Below are positions 37,651 to 47,675 of a DNA stretch of 64,000 nt, piece by piece. The notes beneath the pieces are model-generated. The model was given only the letters and a program-made list of their open reading frames with translations, searched no databases and was not told the origin of the DNA. A program made the translations under genes and the position numbers. The stretch spans positions 166,049 through 230,048 of the forward strand of contig JAILCC010000019.1 of assembly GCA_024680555.1 (NCBI GenBank), read 5' to 3'. Within the stretch, counting starts at the first letter, position 1. Each line of letters begins with the position of its first letter. Source of the stretch: a bacterium (GTDB taxonomy: Bacteria > Cyanobacteriota > Vampirovibrionia > Gastranaerophilales > JAILCC01).

Positions 37651-38777
37651 TGGAAAAACTTCTTGCCGCCGGTTTAATGTCAGGAACTTCTCTTGACGGT
37701 ATAGATGCCGCTCTTGTTGAAATAACACCAGACTTATCCTGCAAATTTATAGGCGGAGTAAGTTTAAATTATTCCGAAAAAATGCAGCAAAAACTAAAGT
37801 CGCTTTTTGCCCCAACTATATCACCTAAATTATTATGCGAAATGAACGTATTGATTGGGGAATATTTTGCGAAAGCCGCACTTTTGTTGGAAGAAAAAAC
37901 AGGGCTAAAACCTGATTTAATCGGCTCTCATGGAGTAACGTTTTATCACAATCCGACAAATGAAAAGTTTGAAAACCTCTCATTAAATTCCACTTTTCAA
38001 ATCGGAGAAGGAGCTGTTATCGCAGACAGAACTGGGATAACAACCGTTTGTGATTTCAGACCTGCCGATATGGCAGCACAAGGACAGGGCGCACCGCTTG
38101 TTCCGTTTGCGGACAAAATTTTTTTCTATAATAAAAACATTCCACGTGTAATCTTAAATCTCGGCGGAATTGCGAATGTAACCGTACTGTCGGATAAATG
38201 TGAAGTTTTTGCATTTGATACCGGTGCTGCCAATATGCTTATCGACGGCGCAATGCGCAAACTTTATAATACAACATTTGATAAGGACGGCGAAATTGCA
38301 CGCTCGGGGAAAGTTAATGAATCTTTGCTTTCAAAACTTATGGCAAATCCGTATTTAAAGAAGCAACCGCCCAAAACAACCGGACGAGAACTTTTCGGAG
38401 AAACATTGCTTGATGAAATAATAAATAATACCAATGATAAACCCGAAAATATCATATCAACACTGACAACCTATACGGTAAAATCAGTGAAAGACGCTTT
38501 CGATAAATTTATTTATCCAGCAACAGATATAAAAGAACTTATCATCGGCGGCGGCGGCGCTTATAACAAATATATGACCGAACTTTTCAGGCAAGAATTT
38601 GAACCCAAAACACAAATAAAAAGTCACGAAGATTTTGGTATTTCCAACAAATACAAAGAGGCTATCGCCTTTGCGCTCCTTGCATATACATCATATTATA
38701 ATATCCCTAATAATATAAAAACCGCAACTGGTGCGGTTAAAGATGTTGTATTAGGGAAAATTATTAGGAAGGGTTAA
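37650..38777 (+). CDS. anmK: Anhydro-N-acetylmuramic acid kinase
   Basis: GLMSGTSLDGIDAALVEI N-terminus, NLGGIANV, and TTGRELFG. The start overlaps the stop of the PfkB gene. Confidence 0.85.
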   Translation: MEKLLAAGLMSGTSLDGIDAALVEITPDLSCKFIGGVSLNYSEKMQQKLKSLFAPTISPKLLCEMNVLIGEYFAKAALLLEEKTGLKPDLIGSHGVTFYHNPTNEKFENLSLNSTFQIGEGAVIADRTGITTVCDFRPADMAAQGQGAPLVPFADKIFFYNKNIPRVILNLGGIANVTVLSDKCEVFAFDTGAANMLIDGAMRKLYNTTFDKDGEIARSGKVNESLLSKLMANPYLKKQPPKTTGRELFGETLLDEIINNTNDKPENIISTLTTYTVKSVKDAFDKFIYPATDIKELIIGGGGAYNKYMTELFRQEFEPKTQIKSHEDFGISNKYKEAIAFALLAYTSYYNIPNNIKTATGAVKDVVLGKIIRKG

Positions 38778-38784
38778 GTATTAT

Positions 38785-38970
38785 TTAGCTTACTCTGCGC
38801 AAGCGTATGGGTTTAAAGTTCATTAAAGCTTTGTTATTTACAGAGATAAGTTCGATATAGTTGAAAACTTCTTCTGGAGGCATCTTTTCGCTCTTATCTT
38901 CTGCTATTGTGCTGACATCTTTGTAGATATCAACTATTCTTTGGTCGGATGTATAAACTGCACCTATCAT
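38785..38970 (-). CDS. Small hypothetical protein (61 aa)
   Basis: ORF with an AGGAAG RBS-like sequence upstream. No recognisable motif. Confidence 0.35.
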   Translation of the reverse strand: MIGAVYTSDQRIVDIYKDVSTIAEDKSEKMPPEEVFNYIELISVNNKALMNFKPIRLRRVS

Positions 38971-39114
38971 TTTTCTCTTATCTTCCTATTTACAAACTGC
39001 TTACATATATATAAAGTATTTCAAAAGGATATAAAATCATTTTTTTATATTTTCGTTACAATTCGTTACAAATAATAAAATATATGTTTTTCTTTTGGGT
39101 GCTATACTGAGATT

Positions 39115-39819
39115 ATGATGGACGAATTTCAAAGAATAGACGAGGCTATAGAGCGTTTCAACGGAGCAACAAAAGAGGAACTTTTATCGTATTTGGATGG
39201 AGACGATGAAGTCCTTATGCAAATTACATTATTGAATTTAGACTCCATAAATTCCCAAAATGAAGCCGAAAAAATCATTAAAACAATAACCGAGCACTCC
39301 TCAGAGACAAGAGAATACTGTGCATTTCTGGTGAACAGGCTTATGAAAAATGAATCCCAGCGGGAATTTTTTGCAGGGGATATTGTTTTAGACAGGTTTG
39401 CAAAAGCGATATCAGATGTAAACCCGAAAGTCTGCCGCAAGATTATTGAAATATTGCCGCTATACAAGGATATCGAACTGTTATTGCCGATACTTATAAA
39501 AAATTCTTACGGCTTTATAGAAGGACTTCAGGAAAAAAACAAGAATAAAAATTATCAGTATAACACTCTTTCTTTCAGGCTATACTGGAACATTTTCGGT
39601 ATTGCATGTGCGCTTAATACTGATTTATACGGAAAATACGAGGCAGAAATAATAGACCTGTTGAAAAAGCTTTTTGAATTCAAAGAATATACCTTGCGAG
39701 AAAAAGCGGCACTCTTGGCACAAAAAGTAAATACGCTGACAAAAAACAAAGATATTGAAAAACTCCTATCTCAATGCCATAGGGATGAAAACTTCTTTGT
39801 AAAAGAGATAATCAGCTAA
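39115..39819 (+). CDS. Alpha-helical hypothetical protein (possibly HEAT/ARM-like)
   Basis: 234-aa ORF of helix-rich repeats. No catalytic motif. Converges on and overlaps the STAND gene by 4 nt. Confidence 0.5.
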   Translation: MMDEFQRIDEAIERFNGATKEELLSYLDGDDEVLMQITLLNLDSINSQNEAEKIIKTITEHSSETREYCAFLVNRLMKNESQREFFAGDIVLDRFAKAISDVNPKVCRKIIEILPLYKDIELLLPILIKNSYGFIEGLQEKNKNKNYQYNTLSFRLYWNIFGIACALNTDLYGKYEAEIIDLLKKLFEFKEYTLREKAALLAQKVNTLTKNKDIEKLLSQCHRDENFFVKEIIS

Positions 39820-42800
39820 CTTAATGCAATATTATTCTGCTGCGCATAATCTTCTATTGTTTCAAGTTTTTGCTTTATCTGCATATTAAGGTCTGCATTT
39901 TGAATATATTTTGCAGCCTCGCCGGAAGCTACAAGCTGCTTGTGTATAGCTTTAATATTTTCATCTTTTAACGAAGGATTTGCAGCAACTTGTTTCAATA
40001 ATACATCATAATACGGGTTTGCAATATATGCCTTTATTGAATAGTAGCCGTTAATTTCAGCAATTTGCATAGCTTCTTGCAAATTGATTTTTGCCATATC
40101 GCAATCACCCCTGATACCGTATATTTCACCAAGTTTCATTTTTAGCAGTGAAGTAAAGAACAGGTTATTTATTGTGGCTTTTTCCGCTACATCAAGCGCT
40201 TTTTGCGCAACTTTTAAGGCATCCTCATATTTCTCTTTAAATATTGATATGTTACCGTACATATACCAATTCATCAAGGCGCCCAATGCCCATTGATTAT
40301 TAGCACATTTGTACGCTTCATCATATGCAAGATTTTGAGCAAAATCGACATTCCCATCACTCAGGGCAATTTTCACTATCAACCCTTTTATAATCGGCTC
40401 GTACGAGAATTTGCCTATATTTTGTGAAAAATTAGCCAACATCATAAGGTCGTTTGCGACTTGAGCATACTCGCCTTTTAAGTATCCTGCAATATTTTTC
40501 AGTGCAAGCCAGAAGAATGTATCATTTGTAGAATCTTTTGTCCCGGGTATAGCATCCTTTGTTGATGCAAGAACATTTTCAACATCCTGAATATTGCCCT
40601 GCAACAATGCCAAAACACCTTTTACAAGTTGAGCTTTTATCATATATTCTTGATTTTGATTGTCACTTGCTTCTTTATACAGTGCCAAAGCAGCATCATT
40701 GGCGCTCAGTGAACCTTGCAGAGCAAGTGCCATAGCGCATTTGTATTTTGTTTCAAACATAATTGAAATAAATTCTTCCTGACTCAGCGTAGTTTCTTCA
40801 TTCAGTTTTGCTGAAAGCTGCAAACCGATTACAGGCAAAATTTCATTTCTCGCAAGATTTATCAATTCTTCATATCTGCCGAGATTTAAAATACTGTTTA
40901 ATTTTGAATACTTCAACAACATTGATGAAAGTTTGTTGGTTTTAGCATCAATTTTTTCCAGCGCCTTATCCGCACATTCGACTGCAGCAAGGTAATTTCC
41001 GGTATTTTCAAATGCAATACTCATAATCCCTAATATATCTATTGTTTTTGCCGAATCAATCGGCTCATAATGCGCAATCAATTCATCTGCAAATTTTATA
41101 GCAGTATCAGGGAACGTCATATACGTCATATTCAAGAGTTCTTCTTTTATTGAAAGCATTATATCTGCTTTATTTTCAATGGTCGAAACCTCTACCGCAT
41201 CTAACAAAAGCGATTTGCTGCATATATACGAATAGTCATCACCTACGGTGTACGCCTCTTTTGTAGCCGTTTCTATATAGCCGATAATTTCATGCTTCGG
41301 AACAGATACATCCAATAAGTTATGTATAACCGTTGCCATATCGGGCTGAGTTAATTGAACAAGCGTTTTCATCGCAGAAGTTACGCTTGTAACCTTGTTT
41401 TCGGGACTCAGCTGCAAGTTACGAACCGTTTCCCATATAATTCTGCTCTTAAACGTATAATTAAATGTGTCAAACGGAGCGATAAAATTATTCATGGACA
41501 AGAATTTTATAATTTCGTTGAACGAATCAGAATCTATTTGCAATATGTTCTGAACAACGGCAGGTAAAAACTTGAAGCCCAGAATGCTCGCATAATACAG
41601 TGTTTTAAACGCATTAGGATTTGCATTAGATATATTTGTCAGGCGAACCTGAATCAATTCTTTTGTTGTTTTTGGGAAAGTCAAAGTATTTATATTTTGC
41701 GAAATTGAAACAGGGTTTGCGTTATCTCCGGTAAATTTAACCAACCCGAGCTGCAAAAACATATATAAAAATTCTTCGACAAAAACAGGCATACCAAAAG
41801 CATTATCATATACGTGATTTAAGACATTTGCGCCCAGTTCTTCTCTCACACCTATTGCTTTCTTGATAAAATCGTCTATCTCAGCTTTAGTCATTACAGG
41901 ATATTGAGCAAAGAAACTGTTTTCGTAATTAACGTGGGGCGATGCAAAAAACTGAACTATATCCGTTTCAAGGTTTCCTGTCACAAAGATTTTAAAATCG
42001 CATTTTAGAATGCCTTCATCAAAAAGTCCTCTCAAAATATCAAGGGAAAATCTGTCGATGCACTCGATGTCTTCTATCTGCAATACCACCGCACCTCTCG
42101 ATAAAAGCGCCCTGAATATTGAACTTATTGCATTATATGAACTTCTTTTATTTTCATAGATAGAGCGCTCCAGACGTGTTTCATCATAAAACAAAATTGC
42201 AAATACGTCGGCAATCAATGATTCTTCCGTCAATCCGAGTTTATCCGCCATGTAAGTGTAAACTCGCTTTTTGGTCGTTTCTAAATCAATATTAAATGAG
42301 GGAATATCAAACAGATTTTGCAAAACACTTTTGAAGAAAAATATCGGGCTGTGCGGAGATTGCAGCGAACATTGCCCCAAAAGCCAAACATGCGAATTAT
42401 CTTCCTCAAAAGTCATCCTCAATGCACTGAAAATATTTGACTTTCCTACACCAGTTACTCCGTTCAAAACGGCAACGAAACCCTCTTTTGCCATTTGCAC
42501 CTTGTTAATCATATCATTAACAATATCCATCCTCGTTTTTGCAGGCGGCTCTTTAACGGTTTCCGCTACCATAACTTCGGGATCGTCTTGATTTAAAAAC
42601 TTATAGAATTTTTTACCGTCTTGCGACTGTATTTCTTTAAACGTCAGCTTATCTTTTAATACGGCATAAACTTCTTCATCAAAAATTACGTCATCTACGA
42701 CGCCTAAGGCAATAGAAGATGATATTTCAAGTTTGTTTACAGGTCTTAATCCGGTAATTAAGTATCTGGTTTTGTATGAAATTTTCAACTTTGACTCTAA

Positions 42801-43343
42801 CAGGTCAGATATCTCATCAATTACATTATCCAGTGCGCCTGCAAACTCAACTGCAGTATTTACGGAATCAGCAAAAGACGGCGCAGTTGAAAAGCTAACC
42901 GCCAAAGTGTTCTCCGTAAGTTTTAAAGCTTTCAAACCTGCATCTTTACTGGCTTTGGCAAATATCTGATAAAATTTATTTATAACTTTTGCGGCAACCT
43001 CTTGGGGCTTTATATTTGTTTTTATTGAAGAAATATTTATCAATTCGACCGCCAAAGTCGCATATTTTTCAAGATTAAGAGATATTGTATCATCAGTTTG
43101 TTCAACCTTCGGTGCAGCAGAAAAAGGAGCGGAGCATTTTCTGCAAACCTTTGCAGTAGAAAAGTTTACCGCCTTGCAAGACGGACAAAGCTTCAATAAC
43201 TGTTTTCCGCAAGCAGAGCATGACTTTGCGCCGACAGTATTATATGTACCGCAATACGGACATTTCAGCTTTAATTTAAAGCCGCAATTACTGCATACTG
43301 TAGCATCATCATCATTCTGACTTTTACACTTCGGGCATATCAT
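39816..43343 (-). CDS. STAND-type NTPase: triple zinc ribbon, degenerate nucleotidyl-cyclase-like region, P-loop ATPase and TPR array
   Basis: N-terminus has CPKC..CSNCG, CPYCG..CSACG and CPSC..CRKC. Walker A is LNGVTGVGKSN and Walker B-like is VLQIEDIE. The C-terminal 500 aa or so are TPR-like helical repeats. Confidence 0.7.
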   Translation of the reverse strand: MICPKCKSQNDDDATVCSNCGFKLKLKCPYCGTYNTVGAKSCSACGKQLLKLCPSCKAVNFSTAKVCRKCSAPFSAAPKVEQTDDTISLNLEKYATLAVELINISSIKTNIKPQEVAAKVINKFYQIFAKASKDAGLKALKLTENTLAVSFSTAPSFADSVNTAVEFAGALDNVIDEISDLLESKLKISYKTRYLITGLRPVNKLEISSSIALGVVDDVIFDEEVYAVLKDKLTFKEIQSQDGKKFYKFLNQDDPEVMVAETVKEPPAKTRMDIVNDMINKVQMAKEGFVAVLNGVTGVGKSNIFSALRMTFEEDNSHVWLLGQCSLQSPHSPIFFFKSVLQNLFDIPSFNIDLETTKKRVYTYMADKLGLTEESLIADVFAILFYDETRLERSIYENKRSSYNAISSIFRALLSRGAVVLQIEDIECIDRFSLDILRGLFDEGILKCDFKIFVTGNLETDIVQFFASPHVNYENSFFAQYPVMTKAEIDDFIKKAIGVREELGANVLNHVYDNAFGMPVFVEEFLYMFLQLGLVKFTGDNANPVSISQNINTLTFPKTTKELIQVRLTNISNANPNAFKTLYYASILGFKFLPAVVQNILQIDSDSFNEIIKFLSMNNFIAPFDTFNYTFKSRIIWETVRNLQLSPENKVTSVTSAMKTLVQLTQPDMATVIHNLLDVSVPKHEIIGYIETATKEAYTVGDDYSYICSKSLLLDAVEVSTIENKADIMLSIKEELLNMTYMTFPDTAIKFADELIAHYEPIDSAKTIDILGIMSIAFENTGNYLAAVECADKALEKIDAKTNKLSSMLLKYSKLNSILNLGRYEELINLARNEILPVIGLQLSAKLNEETTLSQEEFISIMFETKYKCAMALALQGSLSANDAALALYKEASDNQNQEYMIKAQLVKGVLALLQGNIQDVENVLASTKDAIPGTKDSTNDTFFWLALKNIAGYLKGEYAQVANDLMMLANFSQNIGKFSYEPIIKGLIVKIALSDGNVDFAQNLAYDEAYKCANNQWALGALMNWYMYGNISIFKEKYEDALKVAQKALDVAEKATINNLFFTSLLKMKLGEIYGIRGDCDMAKINLQEAMQIAEINGYYSIKAYIANPYYDVLLKQVAANPSLKDENIKAIHKQLVASGEAAKYIQNADLNMQIKQKLETIEDYAQQNNIALS

Positions 43344-43372
43344 TCTTAAATTTTACCTGTCTAAATATTTTT

Positions 43373-44809
43373 TTACAAATTGCAAATGTAATTTATAAGA
43401 GTTCTTACGCCAACACCTGTTACACCTTTCGGAAGCTCTCTCAACGGTTTGGAGATAATAGATGTGCCGGCAATATCAAGGTGTGCCCAAGGAGTAGTTT
43501 TAATAAACTTTTTCAAGAACAGTGCCGCAGCAGATGTACCGCCATATCTTGAACCCGAGTTTTTGAAATCGGCTATATCACTCTTTAAATCTTCAAAGTA
43601 TTCTTCATACATCGGCATTTCCCACAAATATTCGCCTGCTTCTTCCGCACTTGCCTGCAAACCGATAATCAGCTCATCATCATTTCCAAGAAGTCCTGAT
43701 GCAACTTTACCAAGAGCCACACAGCAAGCACCCGTTAGTGTTGCAATATCTATAATCGCATCAGGCTCAAGATTTTCTGCAAAGCATAACGCATCCGCAA
43801 GAGTCAATCTACCTTCCGCATCCGTATTATCAACTTCTATCGTTTTTCCATTCATAGCGGTCAAAACATCACCCGGTTTATATGAACGAGATGCGGGCAT
43901 ATTTTCGCATGCAGCAACTATGCCGTGAACTTCAACATTTGGTTTCAATTTAGTCAAAGCTTTCATAACTGAAATCACGCAAGCTGCTCCCGCCATATCA
44001 CCCTTCATTTCAAGCATTGATGCAGCAGGTTTGATATCCAAACCGCCGCTATCAAAAGTTATGCCCTTACCGACAAGCGCAACTTTTGCTCTCGCTTTAC
44101 CTTTCGGTTTGTATGTCATATGAATAAACTGTTGTTCATGCCTGCTGCCTTGACCAACAGCGAGGAATGCCCCCATTCCCATTTTTTTGGCTTCCTTTTG
44201 ACCATAAACTTTTGTTTCAATCCCTTTCAAGGAAGTGGCAATACTTGCTAATTTAGCAGGTGTAATAAGTTCTGCAGGTTCATTAACCAAATCCCTTGTC
44301 ATATTGACTGCATCACAGACAACTTGGGCTTTTTTAACCGCAGGTTGAACGTCTTGAGAACTTATCAAAACCAATTTATCAAATCTTTCTTTCTTTTCCG
44401 TTTTATATTTGTCGAATTTGTACGTACCGATTAAAGCACCTTCCGCAACGGTTTGCGCCGCAAGGCTAGGTTCATCGGGAAGTTTCTTGAGCGCAACTGC
44501 AACTGTTGATACTTTTTTCATATCGGCAATTTTCTGACAAGCCTTTGATATCGCAACTCTCAACTTGTTTAGATTATATTCTTCTTTTTCGCCCAAACCC
44601 ACAAACATAACATTTTTGGGCTTAATTTTATTAAAAGCCTGAACGCACGCTATCTCATTTGATTTGCCGCAAAAATCCATTTGCGAATTTGCATATTCAT
44701 AAAATTCTTTTGTGCATTTGCAAAAATTATCCTGCTCTTGCATTACAGGTACCAAAAGCACGTCAGCCTCAACTTCTAAACCTTTTTCTTTTGTAACGGA
44801 AATTTCCAT
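43373..44809 (-). CDS. pepA: Leucyl aminopeptidase (M17)
   Basis: VGKGITFDSGGLDIKP and NTDAEGRLTLADAL signature motifs. Confidence 0.9.
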   Translation of the reverse strand: MEISVTKEKGLEVEADVLLVPVMQEQDNFCKCTKEFYEYANSQMDFCGKSNEIACVQAFNKIKPKNVMFVGLGEKEEYNLNKLRVAISKACQKIADMKKVSTVAVALKKLPDEPSLAAQTVAEGALIGTYKFDKYKTEKKERFDKLVLISSQDVQPAVKKAQVVCDAVNMTRDLVNEPAELITPAKLASIATSLKGIETKVYGQKEAKKMGMGAFLAVGQGSRHEQQFIHMTYKPKGKARAKVALVGKGITFDSGGLDIKPAASMLEMKGDMAGAACVISVMKALTKLKPNVEVHGIVAACENMPASRSYKPGDVLTAMNGKTIEVDNTDAEGRLTLADALCFAENLEPDAIIDIATLTGACCVALGKVASGLLGNDDELIIGLQASAEEAGEYLWEMPMYEEYFEDLKSDIADFKNSGSRYGGTSAAALFLKKFIKTTPWAHLDIAGTSIISKPLRELPKGVTGVGVRTLINYICNL

Positions 44810-44869
44810 AGTACACCTCTCTTTTCTTACCTCTAAGTATAGAATATTTGGGCATTTATGTCTATCAAA

Positions 44870-45397
44870 TTATAGATTTATAGTACTTACGTTGTAGATT
44901 ACAAAAGGCTCTTTGCAAGCCAACGTATAAGTAAAGTCATTATCCATAATACCTGTTAAACAGACAACATTTTTAAAGTCCCCGCCAAGCTTGATTTTTG
45001 CTTCATGTTGTGTCCAAAAATCATAAAATTCTTTTTGCGTATTTATTTTTTGTCCGTATCTTGCAGAAATCGCCCCATAATCCCTTTCTCGTTTATTGTA
45101 TTCAATATCAAAGCCCACCATCTTGTCTCCGATAGCAAGTCCGACCATATTTTGGGAATGAGAAATACTGTAATAATATGGCAAATCTTTCAAAAATGGT
45201 TTTCCGTTTACGGTTTCAATTTCATAATTTTTAATTCCGAATTCCTTTTCCAAAACATATTTCAAAATAAATTTTCCGGCAAAGTGCTGCCGCTTCTTTA
45301 ATTCGTTTGAAAAAGAATTATTTTCGGCACATTTGTTTATAAACTCATCCAAAACCGTTTTTGAAATATTATTTAGGTCTAAAAAATAAATATCCAT
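44870..45397 (-). CDS. 4'-phosphopantetheinyl transferase (Sfp-type, short)
   Basis: GKPFL, ISHS and VGFDIE motifs in the expected order. Confidence 0.7.
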   Translation of the reverse strand: MDIYFLDLNNISKTVLDEFINKCAENNSFSNELKKRQHFAGKFILKYVLEKEFGIKNYEIETVNGKPFLKDLPYYYSISHSQNMVGLAIGDKMVGFDIEYNKRERDYGAISARYGQKINTQKEFYDFWTQHEAKIKLGGDFKNVVCLTGIMDNDFTYTLACKEPFVIYNVSTINL

Positions 45398-45547
45398 GTG
45401 AAAATTTTATAACAAAAAAAGGATGATGTTGACGGACAAAAAATCACCCTCTAATGGATGCATAAAATTATTTTTTTGGTATTCTGAAATTGTAAACTTT
45501 TATAAATACCGGATTTTCCAAATAGCAAATTTATTTTTTTCTGTTTT

Positions 45548-45556
45548 TGGTATAAT
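45548..45556 (+). promoter_or_regulatory. Extended -10 promoter element TGGTATAAT
   Basis: Perfect TGnTATAAT, 31 nt upstream of the ATG at 45587. Confidence 0.45.
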
Positions 45557-45586
45557 CACAAATGGATATAGTGAGGTTTAATCTTT

Positions 45587-46261
45587 ATGCAAGTTTCTGC
45601 AATTGGTCTAAAAAGCACAAATTTCAAAGGTTATGATGACGAAGTTATAGATGTACCATACCAAGAAACGTACCCTGTATCTAAAAAAAGAGATGCTCTG
45701 GACTCGGTTGATTTCCAAAAAGTAGCAACCACTCTCGAAAGCGCAGGCGCAAATAAAGTTACCTCTCCTTGTAAATTTTTCATAGCATCAGCAGCAGTAG
45801 CTTTGGCTGCATTCGTAGCCGCAAGAGCAGCTTGCGGCGGTGCTCTCAACCGTTTAGACAACAAATTTGGCATGTTTGAGGGCATGGGCAAACGTGCAGG
45901 AGAAGCTCTCACACAATATGTAGAAAAACACCCGCACAAAGAAGGCAAAGGTTTTGGCATATATTGTTCAAACAAAATGCGTGATTTGGCGCAAGGTATA
46001 ATTGAATACGGCAGAAAAGGTTTAACTCCCGATGCAATAAAAGGACTCGATGAAGTACAAACAACTGCCGCTGCAGCAGGTCAAGCCATCAAGAAAGGTG
46101 CTTCAACCGCACTTGGTATTGGTGTAGCCGGAGCTACAATCGAAAGCAGATACAAAGATACAGACAAAAACGGAGTACCCGATAAAGCAGAAGGCGCAAT
46201 GAGCGCAATAAAAGAAGTTGCTCAACTTGTTCCAGCCCTTGTAGATGCAGCAGGTATATAG
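45587..46261 (+). CDS. Hypothetical single-pass membrane protein with N-terminal MQVSAIGLKSTNFKG motif
   Basis: GTGAGG RBS and one TM helix (FFIASAAVALAAFVAARAA). No known domain recognised. Confidence 0.6.
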   Translation: MQVSAIGLKSTNFKGYDDEVIDVPYQETYPVSKKRDALDSVDFQKVATTLESAGANKVTSPCKFFIASAAVALAAFVAARAACGGALNRLDNKFGMFEGMGKRAGEALTQYVEKHPHKEGKGFGIYCSNKMRDLAQGIIEYGRKGLTPDAIKGLDEVQTTAAAAGQAIKKGASTALGIGVAGATIESRYKDTDKNGVPDKAEGAMSAIKEVAQLVPALVDAAGI

Positions 46262-47557
46262 CTACTTATATAACATGGCTTTCATATTCAGCATTGCAGC
46301 TTCCAATTTGGCTTGGGTAAATTCAAAATATTTTTTGGTTATATCCTCAAGAAATTCCGCATGCTCTTTCGTGGCATTTGCCTCATATTCCAACCTTTTT
46401 GCCTCTTCCGCCTTTGATTGAGAAAGCAAAAATTTGTATGCCTGCATTGGCGCTTCTTTTTGCAGAACTTCGTACAACTGATTATTATCTAGGGGTTTGT
46501 AGCCGCACCTCGCAACAATATCTTTTGCCTTTTTCTTCTCAATAGCGGCATCTTCTATGGCTTTTTCATATATTTTTTTTGCCTTTCTGGCGGCAGCAAA
46601 AGCTTCACCGGAATTTGCCTGACTGACTCTGCACTCTGTTTTGGCTTCTTTCACCTCAACGGAAGTCTGTTTTGTTCGTTTTCTTATGGCTCGTCCTGTT
46701 TCTGACTTGAAAAACTCTTGCAAAAATATTATCGACTGGCGCCTGATTTCGACAAGGACCTTTTCTGATTGTTTCCGTACCTGCTCTTTGACTTCTTCGG
46801 AAAAACCGCAGCTTTCGGCAAACTCATTTATGTCTTCCAAATCTTCTTCGATTGCTTTATCGCAAATTTCGATTACTTTCTTAATTTCTTCTTCGGTAAC
46901 ATCCTTAGGGGCAAGTTTAATAATGTTTTTCTTCATCTCTTGATTCTTTTTAGGTTCTAGTTTTAATTCTGCCTTTGCATAATTTTCTTGAACACTCTTA
47001 TTGCCTTCAAAATGTTTATTCATACATTTTCTGTTTTCTTTAGCAATGGCTTTTGCAACCTGTGTCCCTGCCACCACCACCATTGACGCTGACATATCTG
47101 AACCACATGTAATACATGCTTTTACTACCGCTATAGCCGCCTTTTCCTGTTCTTTTCCGCTTTCCTCAGCCAATTTTTCTAATTCTGCTAATTGTATATC
47201 TTGATTTGGGGCTTGTTCTATCTTTGCTTTACTCTTTTCGACATTTTGCTCAAACACCCTACTAAATTTTCGGGCGGCGGCGTTAATCAACTTTTCAGGG
47301 CAGTTTGCTCCAGTTGAAACAACAGCTGCAATTTTATCAATGACACCATCTGAAATCTCCGTTTCGCCGTTTTCTGGCTCACTTTCGCCAGCTTGTTCTA
47401 TCGGCACACAAGATGATTTTATCTTTGTGCCGGTTTGTTTAGAAAAAAGGCTGCCTGATGCTGCTTCCGTTATAGGATTACTCGTCCCGGAACGAACTAT
47501 TTGATAAGCATCATCATTCATTTGCTTCACAGGGCTAACAGCATTTACTTCAGCCAT
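46262..47557 (-). CDS. Paralog A of a lineage-specific alpha-helical protein family (431 aa)
   Basis: Its C-terminal 190 aa or so align with the ORFs at 47676-49373 and 49540-50976 (ERCGYKPLD..LY..LQKEAPMQAYKFL...EYEANATKEHAEFLE...FEF). N-terminus is MAEVNAV. Confidence 0.7.
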   Translation of the reverse strand: MAEVNAVSPVKQMNDDAYQIVRSGTSNPITEAASGSLFSKQTGTKIKSSCVPIEQAGESEPENGETEISDGVIDKIAAVVSTGANCPEKLINAAARKFSRVFEQNVEKSKAKIEQAPNQDIQLAELEKLAEESGKEQEKAAIAVVKACITCGSDMSASMVVVAGTQVAKAIAKENRKCMNKHFEGNKSVQENYAKAELKLEPKKNQEMKKNIIKLAPKDVTEEEIKKVIEICDKAIEEDLEDINEFAESCGFSEEVKEQVRKQSEKVLVEIRRQSIIFLQEFFKSETGRAIRKRTKQTSVEVKEAKTECRVSQANSGEAFAAARKAKKIYEKAIEDAAIEKKKAKDIVARCGYKPLDNNQLYEVLQKEAPMQAYKFLLSQSKAEEAKRLEYEANATKEHAEFLEDITKKYFEFTQAKLEAAMLNMKAMLYK

Positions 47558-47618
47558 TTGCTTCCATTCCTCTTTCCATTAGTCATGCCAATACACACTA
47601 ACTGGCATATATGTAAAT

Positions 47619-47650
47619 AAAAACATTTTGCACGCAATAATTGCGCAAAA
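47619..47650 (-). terminator. Rho-independent terminator between paralogs B and A
   Basis: On the minus strand: ttttgcgcaat-t-attgcgtgcaaaa imperfect hairpin followed by tgTTTTT. Confidence 0.5.
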
Positions 47651-47675
47651 TTACGAGGAATTTTAAAACTTTTAA

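Noticed and set aside
46259-46264. Back-to-back stop codons of the convergent genes 45587-46261 and 46262-47557, with no intergenic terminator.
   Set aside because: This is real but unremarkable. Compact convergent gene ends occur elsewhere in the window (29096/29099, 39816/39819).
47584-47599. TTGGCATG in the paralog leaders as a sigma-54 -24 element (TGGCA).
   Set aside because: The expected -12 TTGC at the correct spacing is absent in all three leaders (ATGGA, AGGAA, GGTTA). The motif also lies only about 26 nt from the start codon.
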